A stretch of DNA of 64,000 nt from Dudresnaya verticillata (lineage: Eukaryota), in contig OZ374563.1 in assembly GCA_977862235.1 (NCBI GenBank), forward strand, positions 1,674,001 to 1,738,000, given 5' to 3'. This document shows positions 12,501 through 18,495 of the stretch, one piece after another. The notes beneath the pieces were generated by a model that worked only from the letters and a program-made list of their open reading frames with translations, did no database searches and had not been told where the DNA came from. The position numbers and the translations under genes are program-made. How positions within the stretch are numbered: position 1 is the first letter of the stretch; each line of letters starts with the position of its first letter.

Positions 12501-14241
12501 CCTTTCCACTTCGCCTTGGCCATCTTCTTACGTCGAGGGATCTTAATGACGACCAAGACATTTCCCGTGGCTTAAACGGAATGGATATCAATGGGGCGTC
12601 TGCAGCGGTGTCGCTCTTCCGAGACGACAATGGCACAACAGGTGTCGCATCTACCTCTATCTGTATTCCAGTTGCAGAGCGCTTCCCGTCCTGTGATTGT
12701 GCCTTCATAGCAAGGGGCATGAGGTCATAAAACGCCGGTTGCAAGCGCTCCATGACTCGTTCGATATCGGCAATGGCCTTGGTGTCATACGAGAAAGACG
12801 CACCACGAAGCAATACTGACACCCGACAGACTGGTGGCGGATATGAACTCGTGTCCTCCGCATATGTCTCCGAAGATATGTCAGCAGGACCAGAACGGGT
12901 TCGACCCACAGCATCCTGACCTGCAACGTCTCGACCTGCAGCAGGGCCGGGCTCATCAAAAACATAGTCGACGACGGCAGTCTCAGAGGACAGGATATTC
13001 GCGCAGGGGAGTGGCTGTGACCTCCGCGCCTCCCACGCAGTAGCTCTGTTCTGATAGCGAAAGCTAGGACGGCGCTCGTTCAATGACGAGCGTGTAGGGG
13101 ACTTCGCGTCACTCCCAGAGGTAAACTTGCGAGGCCTCTTCGAGCTTAAGGAGCGTTGGCTAGTCCTGTTTCGTTCTCGGAATGGATCACTGATGCCCTT
13201 ATGGCCCAGAGCCATGACACGTCTAATCATCCGGTCTGTGTTGTCCTGCAGCACGTCCGGAGCCAAAGGAGGGGTTGGTCCCAGCACCGGTTCAGCAAGT
13301 TTGCGCACGGTCTCGCGGTCTGCGACGGAAACACGAAGGCCAGAGAGGCGTACGCGGAAGCGCTTGCGACATTCGTCAATAGGGCATGCGGCTGCACCGT
13401 ACCGATACCGAATCTTGGCCGAGTCGACGACGATGCGGATGAGCGGGCTTTCCCCCATGTCGCAAAAGTAGAACGAGCCACTAGTAATACGCAATGACAC
13501 GAGCTCAGCAATGCGCTGGCGCAGCGGTTTAGCATCCGTGGACTGTTCGGATTCGTACGATGAGGCGGAAGAGTCATGGCGATTAGGCGCAGTGGAGGTC
13601 TGCGTGAGCTCGGCAAGCTCGTTCACTGGGACGTCAAGGCGGCCGTTGCGCGCGGTCTTGGCGAGGGCGAGCACGCGGTTAACATGTTCGTAGTTGGCCT
13701 GCATGTTGACCAGGCGCGCGCGTAGGCCAACTGCAATGAGCGAGATGAGCGGCGGAGGTTCGGAAGCGTTTGCATCGGTCGGGCCGGCCGAGCGACGCCA
13801 CCAGCGGCGAAGACGGTAAAACAGGCGCTTCGGGAGGAAAGCAGAGTTTTGGCGCGCGAGCTCCTGCTCGGCGTGCGCGACCGGGTCGAGTGTGTGGGCG
13901 TCATCCACGGCGAGCAGCTGGCGGAACTGGCTCTCCGGGGCCTTGCGCCACCAGCGGATCTGTAACACGAGCTCCTCAGCTGTGATGGTGCCATCTGGGA
14001 CGGTGTAACGGAGTGAGTGGGCAACGGCGCGGCCGGCTAAGGGGTAGATGTGGAGGGTGGGGACGACAACGTGGAAGGCGCCGCGAGAAGCGCGGTTGGC
14101 GAGGAAGGCAAGGCCGCGGCCGAGCAGGCGGGGGAGGAGGAGGACGACTAGTACGACCCAGCAAACCGAGGCAAGCGCGAGGAGCGAGAAGGTGAGCAAG
14201 GATGGGTCATCTGCAACCTGTTGTCGCGTGGGGGCCTCCAT
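3592..14241 (-). CDS. Csf1/KIAA1109 (BLTP1/Tweek)-like bridge-like lipid transfer protein, intronless
   Basis: Uninterrupted 3549-aa ORF. An N-terminal TM anchor is followed by HIYPLAGR..HSLRYTVPDGTITAEELVLQIRWWRK, resembling the Csf1 N-terminal SLLGGRIFFK..RY....I.I..G.ITWRYW pattern. The body is long and rich in predicted beta-strand, and the C-terminus reads LNPRIDVIGDLT. Family call by eye. Confidence 0.75.
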   Translation of the reverse strand: MEAPTRQQVADDPSLLTFSLLALASVCWVVLVVLLLPRLLGRGLAFLANRASRGAFHVVVPTLHIYPLAGRAVAHSLRYTVPDGTITAEELVLQIRWWRKAPESQFRQLLAVDDAHTLDPVAHAEQELARQNSAFLPKRLFYRLRRWWRRSAGPTDANASEPPPLISLIAVGLRARLVNMQANYEHVNRVLALAKTARNGRLDVPVNELAELTQTSTAPNRHDSSASSYESEQSTDAKPLRQRIAELVSLRITSGSFYFCDMGESPLIRIVVDSAKIRYRYGAAACPIDECRKRFRVRLSGLRVSVADRETVRKLAEPVLGPTPPLAPDVLQDNTDRMIRRVMALGHKGISDPFRERNRTSQRSLSSKRPRKFTSGSDAKSPTRSSLNERRPSFRYQNRATAWEARRSQPLPCANILSSETAVVDYVFDEPGPAAGRDVAGQDAVGRTRSGPADISSETYAEDTSSYPPPVCRVSVLLRGASFSYDTKAIADIERVMERLQPAFYDLMPLAMKAQSQDGKRSATGIQIEVDATPVVPLSSRKSDTAADAPLISIPFKPREMSWSSLRSLDVRRWPRRSGKDPPPDKRPVEFGLPPSSVDIHARHVSVRTEVPYRIGAEQRTNVSLRAVSAVVRGVLDMPLVEASSAEVNRALQLPQVWNGVHSSIVDIILRDSQTVYLPDMQRVIDDMIADIQGCMKKPQDVRYFVPFKETTRVLAENGYSVIFSCSHDNAWDDVHTLKADKYGKMRICGENAELVLTPSVPTEFLPDFTVVSWTLSLPNATGKIELPFPHKPAASPAEPHGEGAGRPSDSYRSLHHKGRAPSLARRVRSQLETLASHLHHSDTKSAKPRERTHVAEIVQAGKVLSISGKVVLNEGRTFLNSSLPSLPDAVDRSDINIRASSLALDINPHHITHFLNLSRNYAGAGAHMLTAVERDRLHSKRRDVAHVVLNERRYPFLKECVVLGLPAGQTLLMIEHRKAMDELISVGFQTESLVARFHDLPHALSPFNKRSKNLSSLESGRFVCSVRGSRLGLDVVCSPESRDKRVTLHYDYREPVEQRGESEGGSRSDDSTAPTISIEQFQVRKRSLATADWGPYKSQLLIGIGSLTGCIHDSDVLCASRVGIAGVPDPLFEDQAAAAALLSVENIEVVVGKVDLLVLSASSNASAERSGQVSKLSMLRHERSRRRSTKQSSAPTFLTGVAHFRAPLGLRFFLSNLSSETVAAHSRLTLPDVSMALLMSWGGKLAPWIDEATLRAQVAHAMLVRDGNLHGSFQGGGLMRTAAAVRDVTLEIVHESRPRMWAQTVAELQRHHVSGQSQKVRGETPVWCLETGLEAEDAGPLEEDEIDLDWWIYLRQSHRASILTKHVREHDSRLGKLETFSINIVSNVKVIVSPETLEVANDIAIRYKEGIWGQESAIFSQSKRDSNQAAPEVSLTDITDLWHLYEVTRPPAWSVVEDARSGVLLRGFEAKAFTVVFLSPLLPGEVHSGDPLFSSGAEQDEEFFLTVPFGFNILDASKTEVSDASTGNEGIEQQGLVSRVDHTRVIHSSVPKVMVGCNNDGLLEISGIVVILREQSKIGETSESEEVARETVREDKQAIVAKVASLSLGGPNSSLQQYACVGRIASIFTLMLRALSLENASLAAMKNGQIEDLVHGMLPLSMAELTSMEAGYVRTFLSETSQQILDRESEIAGKGKGVAILRDMPQFVVEEATGSSGNVKYGIIFSLDVTVRKTSLRLAGEDIIRADIMACKGGSTARAQTESALEGHVFNATFGVISLSIRDDIAANTLRMVSEVASFIRQATISMPMLRYDAQRASGEKESSELFSYSYMNEEFLKASIRTSLEQASLAHEHKRRIHFPLRSHQSSRKSRGHWYSRSKSRARTASGGQDSFSVRQLGASSQRTSHRGAEAMTGNASDTFHAAKSPKSDPLVRSSAGDDSEEGNTFPKRNGNAHVSFAGIIRDKRTERPKSVDAGQSVLGSKGRYNRGDVFEEDNQYFAYVAVPTAGETGPPRKRSKARVLVSTQAPPAFSDVDLLSRSEKSRTAEMLSAGSQYNPVSPTHRREASAPLQRRSATNVQSNTSNEPFSQRVPRSSDQGTPVRPKLLRPKKRPALTLFVSFREIVSRYYRRKSLPDSISASYEKEADISLFLGEPRVTFMSEPSKGSHSMVVTASSSRLKSGNNPNCVLKGSIGSVGATMSVVEGFVPTTLPKLIASARISEFKTTLHATDLKSVLNFREEFKSDLKAVVSAFLTTKSSISEMARATRLSAARILYAGRTLYSTMAFDLLCEDSRIRLEGFHPKDSAMSLSYLLDGLFFSVVASEDDSAALTLGLRLYGHGLSLSSPSWSEEETFHFPSFDARGVQWGETTGLPTLLKVNAEPLINSTSVQGLRHVIFTVAGLMAFQNTATTPTMDVNDAFLPVTPRQKSADIKEVYSEGQIQSQSAGATPFTRSFAAWERTKGVRMDVSIRPMSVSLASGQVVARFDMEAITGIFEWNKLVRSGVQLRAAVSVPRISLMFLRMLNSDFTTAGIRNIERRASMSIALERSRLDVLKTQEELTHTFIFRVDVYGVSGQLRPWRMLLDAAVWADEQEFVSDLQAINTAALASSRPRTPKSPKMADQTKPLEHRVILVGAKVQLFKLAVPLLNTEEYSSSRLALRVTQLHFLVRQRFDSENERPRRNIFEVKSDFIGILWENTAMLSSHNSRITLGIEPPSILSNAHFGSVQLIMLAGTWRICPRKDVVMAILEAKNGRENKKAAEKSRDILGSLPDVLSKAGSITGDSFSNTTERHGRLLFESLRLKILRTSGFIEGLEGDEPARNIVASPSNSLGRPRSSETSKLAVPAFSVAVVRDERETFDLIDVDFSGREGEFPRQCLQRVANVFTDLFGAVASDQEDAIQDIMINPANEPREISRDTSVLIRFGKSLYKAQEEGNTSVESKFSFFAGRTSSILVSVTTAPLFGDEIGHTTVVTGVSPKLALEITPLIEGAREQSLRLIDARVLHGISPVRPPHTLLNITRVTALMDAKTLLLTQGRIQAARKKSGPCPGSAVEPKSHSALPKAASERNVMIAFGRPKLVVKEEGVDNQPTQDSFIEPNIRLQLKLPSKKESPSNQVDIFAERLHLGIGHVRRDPYAHAIPSSVHVSLHDLNLRGQWDIVSCKLRLRENLFNCAMSGVRTEHGGSIVVTNIMNRLQFESRQHDNHTMKLGIDALAAVVSVPSRTIVVESTIVKSEFSHTMMKSILRLTGQAKKLMGEVKLLIEKEVSKGAKRKTQPRLYSFDGRSGDSLVAKEDASKSRDDMNHLHVTTVGDNSSSSHSDVADPAQKLKRSGKRTKVSIRGDGLSAVLRGYQFEETQHSAMVSVTRYDVNYQYSCILSRNAVHIKELGIDFENLRMSYNDDERAIHSDLFRVPSPKLKLKVVDTDKELTVELLGDLELKLGPGFYLFRDFMMLSELTIKGIRPAHEPTEVFKVSPAPDRPEVWDGRVAQVSVRLNPRIDVIGDLTQDMLQFMNSKKDHVTILPKHLYDNVVVHLEELSEACCDPLCR

Positions 14242-15585
14242 GGTGGGACGTGAGGAGGCGAGAGAGAGAGACGGGGAGGTGAGCTTGGGAAGAAAGGGGG
14301 ATGGGACGTGCGGGGCGGAAGCTGGGGGTAAGCAGGGGGGTCGGTGTTGAAGGTAACGGGGATGGGCAGATGCTCTACTGTATCGAGATGGGCGCTTGGC
14401 ACTATTTTCAGCTTTTCGGTTGGGAGAGGGTCCGCCATGAGCCTACCGTTCAGGCCAGAATATTCAGCTCGACAACACGTTGCATACGTGTCTCAATGTG
14501 TCCCGTATTTGAGCTCGCTGATCGGGCCAATGCGCCGTGAATTGCTTGGCTAACTGTCCGTTCCGAAGGGAGCTTTTGACTGTACATGCAACGCCAGACA
14601 CTATTTGAATGGATTCCAGACCGCGAAACTTAGTACATGTGCCGGACTACTCTCCCTTTGTATAATGCCCGTGACATTGGTTGGCCCTCAAAGCACCTTG
14701 CCGCACACACCTGTTGGTACTCGGTGCCAGCTCTAGCGCCACCCACGCATAGATTGTTGTATAGGTGTATACGCAACAGTTCAAGGAAAGCCAAGAAGCG
14801 AAGTAGGGAGAAAGTCAAGTTAGTCCTCAAGGCATACATCTAAACAATTCAACATGCAATTGGCAATACAGAAAACTGTGGATATCTTTATTTGTTTTCT
14901 TCGCGCTGCTCCCGCCGAAAGTCCATTCTCCCAAATCATAATAATTGTCGCTGCCAAGATATCCCAGTCTATAGGACCCATAGACTGGAAATAAAAGGGC
15001 AATCTCCGAAAGCCTCCGGAGAAGTTTGCTCTCCAGAGTTCCTTGTACAGCACCACACGGGCCATATCACCAACCGGTCGGGCCCAATGGTTGCTCCGTC
15101 CTGAAACGACTCTTATTTGCACCGTTGGCGTTGGCAGCTCCCCACCTCCTCGTCTTCTGCGAAGCACTTTGGACAAGTGGTTTGTATACCTTGTAGTGTA
15201 TATACAGATTACAGGTGTTGTACTATGAGTATGCTGGAGTTTTACAACTTGTACATTACAAAAAGAGGCTTGCGCTTTTTAATACCATGCGTGGCGCATT
15301 TGCTTCCTTCACGGAAGACTTTGTTTCCAGTGAAGATGGTATTGCGATCTTTGTCACACGATCCTACTTCCCCGAAAAACGTTTCTCCGATCGAAATAGA
15401 ATTGGGAAAGCAGCACAGCTCATCCCAGCATTGCGCATCATGAACATGAACAACAGTGTGGCTGAGAAATCAGTTTGTGAATTGCAGTAGTACCCGCTGT
15501 GCAATCTACTGCTGGCGTCCCGCTGGCAACCTTCTTTCTAAGCCTTTCTGGTTTGCTTGCACCCAACACAGTGTACACAACACAG

Positions 15586-15630
15586 TACAACACAACACAG
15601 TACAACACAACACAGTACAACACAACACAG
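15586..15630 (+). repeat. Minisatellite, 3 x TACAACACAACACAG (plus degenerate partial copy upstream)
   Basis: Three exact 15-nt units at 15586, 15601 and 15616, immediately beyond the tRNA terminator. Confidence 0.9.
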
Positions 15631-15631
15631 C

Positions 15632-15638
15632 AAAAAAA
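15632..15638 (-). terminator. RNA polymerase III terminator (T7) of the permuted tRNA
   Basis: TTTTTTT on the minus strand about 20 nt after the end of the tRNA 5' half. Confidence 0.8.
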
Positions 15639-15657
15639 TAGAAGCGTAGTGGGTGCT

Positions 15658-15748
15658 TAGCGCCTTAGACCACTCGGCCACGCTGCCCTATCCCGTGACA
15701 GCGGTGAGATTCGAACTCACGCATACAAAGTATACTACGACCTGAACG
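15658..15748 (-). tRNA. trnL-CAG: Circularly permuted tRNA-Leu(CAG): 3' half 15748-15696, 8-nt spacer 15695-15688, 5' half 15687-15658
   Basis: Minus strand reads CGTTCAGGTCGTAGTATACTTTGTATGCGTGAGTTCGAATCTCACCGCTGTCA-cgggatag-GGCAGCGTGGCCGAGTGGTCTAAGGCGCTA. Swapping the halves gives a complete 83-nt class II cloverleaf: acceptor GGCAGCG/CGCTGTC plus A73, D arm GCCG-AGTGGTCTA-AGGC, anticodon stem CTACG/CGTAG with loop TT-CAG-GT, variable arm TATAC-TTT-GTATG, T arm GTGAG-TTCGAAT-CTCAC. Confidence 0.93.
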
Positions 15749-15800
15749 TTGCGCGCACCTAACACTGTAAATGCTTCTGATGGTGAACAGAAATTGGTCA

Positions 15801-15809
15801 TTATTTAAA
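15801..15809 (-). promoter_or_regulatory. TATA-like element upstream of the permuted tRNA
   Basis: TTTAAATAA on the minus strand about 52 nt upstream of the tRNA 3' half. Confidence 0.5.
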
Positions 15810-16392
15810 GCTGGGCCAAGCTCTGCCGGCCTCAAAACCGATTTTTTCCAAAAAGGAAAGAATTTTTTTCAGAAAATAATGGGAGAGTGTAATACGTCTA
15901 CTGTACTTGGATGTATATCATTTGCTTTCTCGTGTCAACATCCAAGATTTCCACCAACAAGCTGTGGGGAGCTTCATGAGGATGACGATATCAGGCAAGT
16001 CATCTGAGAGGACACATACCTGGCGAATCCCATTAATCCTTCCGTGCTAATCTTAGGCCAAGGGGGCGTGGACCGACACAATCCACTGGAGACTCGCGAC
16101 TCTCTCTCACGGCGATGAATTCTTTACTGCCACGTCTTGCCAGTCACTAAAGCATCGCTCTTCCGAGCATCTTCAACCGAACTACGTTGAGCTGAATCTC
16201 TCTGGAACTGGAACGAAGACAACCAAGTCCAGTACGGCAACTCTAGCTAAGCGCTACCAAGCTGGAATCGAACCTTTCAAGGCATCTATGTCCCGCAGCC
16301 TGCGCACTTCCGCCGCGAACATGGGCACGTTATACGACACATCGCAGTAAGTAAACATTCGCTTCTACTGCAACCATCTAGAGAACCTTCTT

Positions 16393-17229
16393 TTACTCGA
16401 CAGTAAACTGCTTTCGACTTTCCTCAATAACCAAGCTTTCACCCAGCGAGCTAGTCCCAGTGACGTCAGCGACAACGACGCCACGAACATCAACCCGCAA
16501 GCGCCAAGGAGTAGGACCCTCTCCACAACTGCGAGTATGCTCGACTTTAACCTCATAACGCCCCTTCTGCAGCCGCTTCTCACTTACGAAAACGACGCGC
16601 TCTTGTGCAAGCGAGGAGCGCCTCCTCCCACACTTCCTTCTATTACGATCCTTGAGCAACCGCCCGCCAGCTGCCCTCCTCCTCCCGAAGAACAGCTCCA
16701 TGCCAGACGGCGCCCGCACAAACACGTCCAAATCATCATTCGACCGCCACTCCAGCGTGATCTGCACCACGGACACCTTGACATGAAACGCGACACAGTC
16801 CCGCTGGCGCCCACCGCCGGTCACAGTGCGCCCGCCTTTCCGCGCGCGATAGCGCAACACGGGGAGGCGGACGCAGGCGCGGTGCAGCTTGGGGACGTAG
16901 AGCCTGGACGTAACAGAACTGCCTTGGCTGTCCCGCGCGACGGTGAGCACGTTCGCAGGCAACGACAGGTTGGACACGGGCTGCGCGACCATCCGCGGCA
17001 GCGTAACGACGGCCTCGCCCACGCGGTCGACCACCAGCCCCGACACGCCCAGGCGGCACAGAGGCGGCGACGCAGGCACGTTCGCGGCGGATAGACGGAC
17101 CAGCGCGCGCCCGGGGCAGAACGCGAACAGGCAGCGCGGGCCGCACGCGACGCGCGCGGCAAGCGCGGGCGCGGCGTGCTGCAGCAGCGCACTGAGGACG
17201 ACGGCGGCGACGGCGGAGACGGTACGCAT
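16393..17229 (-). CDS. Secreted protein with Cys-patterned N-domain and C-terminal YfaP/DUF2135-like domain
   Basis: 278 aa; signal peptide MRTVSAVAAVVLSALLQHAAPALA; motif VQITLEWRSNDDLDVFVRAPSG...GRLLKD...QERVVF...KGRYEVKVEH, typical of DUF2135/YfaP (L.W....DLDLHV..P.G). Confidence 0.7.
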   Translation of the reverse strand: MRTVSAVAAVVLSALLQHAAPALAARVACGPRCLFAFCPGRALVRLSAANVPASPPLCRLGVSGLVVDRVGEAVVTLPRMVAQPVSNLSLPANVLTVARDSQGSSVTSRLYVPKLHRACVRLPVLRYRARKGGRTVTGGGRQRDCVAFHVKVSVVQITLEWRSNDDLDVFVRAPSGMELFFGRRRAAGGRLLKDRNRRKCGRRRSSLAQERVVFVSEKRLQKGRYEVKVEHTRSCGEGPTPWRLRVDVRGVVVADVTGTSSLGESLVIEESRKQFTVE

Positions 17230-18495
17230 GGTGGTGGTGGCAGGTTTCGCTCGCGCGTACGGTAGGTACGTGCTGCGAGCGTGCGAATGCGCGAGAGAAG
17301 GGGCGCGCGAGAGAGGGAGCGCGCGACGGCGGAGGCGCTGGGTGGGCGCCGCGCGCCGCCGCGCGCCGCCGCTCGCGCGGCGTTGTTATGTGGATAGCGA
17401 GGCGATGGAAGGCGGGCGGTGAGGGACGGACGCGATGTCGACAGTCGGTCGGCGCGTATGGAAGTCTGACTGCTGCACGCGCTGGGGCGTCGTGCTGTTG
17501 TGTGTTCCGTGCATGCCTCTCGCGGACCGCTTCCCCCGTCGCGCACCGTTACAGCGCGGAGTGGTGGACGTTGACGCTTCCCCGCGCGACGTGTGCAGCC
17601 GGCCAATCGCCCCGCGCGCTGGTCCGCGATCGTGTTTCTGCGGCGCTACTGATTGGGCCGCTGCCGTGCACCCATCGGCAACTGCTCGCGGCCTGGCGTG
17701 ATCTTCGCGGACAAACCGCACCTCTGAGCCTTCCAGCTCGAGCATCTGCGACTTGTTCCGGTGCAGCCGCGCGGCCTCCCCCGCAGGGCGCTTCTACGCT
17801 CTGTTGATGTTGACAGCAATAGCATCGGCCCGTTCTTCCGGCCTGCTTGAAGAGCAGTCCATGCGTGATGGGCGTGCAGTCTGGCCCGCGGCATGCCCAC
17901 TCCGTACGTACTAGCTGTAGGCAGCTGCGGCTGTGCGACGCGCGTGCGCCATCCTGGCGCTTCGCAGGAGACGCGACGCCACGCGGGGACATTGCAAACG
18001 TGTTCGTACCGTGGTCCCTGTTGAAAATCCTTCACTGGGTTTACCTCATATGTACAGTACCTCATGCATATGTTATCGTCGACCCGCGCGGAGGTTTGAC
18101 GCACTTGTTATCGACGATACATGCGATAACGCTGCGCGCCTACCGCTGCCAGAAGCCAAGAAGAGAGGACGCTATTGTCAACACGTCGCGCAATGCCCGC
18201 AGCGTCCGGCAAAGCCAACCAGGCTCGCAACCGCAGCTCCCAGCTTCGGAACTTCCGTGCATCCGTCTCTGTCAACAGCCTCCGCTGCTTCCACTGTACC
18301 CTACTTTTGGTGCGGCACGTTTGCTTTGGCGTCATACTGTAGCACGACACGGCTATACACCGCCGTAGCCACAGACTTTGCCGGTTTTACACCTTAGTAC
18401 AGTACCACAACATCAGGGGCCCAGCGCTTCTATGCTTTCGCTCAAACTGCAGTCTACGGAACTCTGTACATACTCAATACGCAAACCGTTTCATT

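Noticed and set aside
14964..14988. Hairpin CCAGTCTAT-aggaccc-ATAGACTGG
   Set aside because: Isolated 9-bp stem with no supporting element context; can arise by chance.
15586..15630. 15-nt repeats as a CRISPR-like array
   Set aside because: Head-to-tail units with no spacers in a eukaryotic context; a simple minisatellite.
15647..15657. Alternative reading with an 11-nt intron (AGCACCCACTA) in the tRNA 5' half followed by CG
   Set aside because: It would not supply a Leu anticodon loop and lacks its own BHB; the leader/trailer BHB explains the junction exactly.
16264..16274. GGTTCGATTCC (B-box/T-loop-like) on the minus strand, a possible second tRNA piece
   Set aside because: Only 2 bp of T stem; no acceptor stem or D arm nearby in either order.
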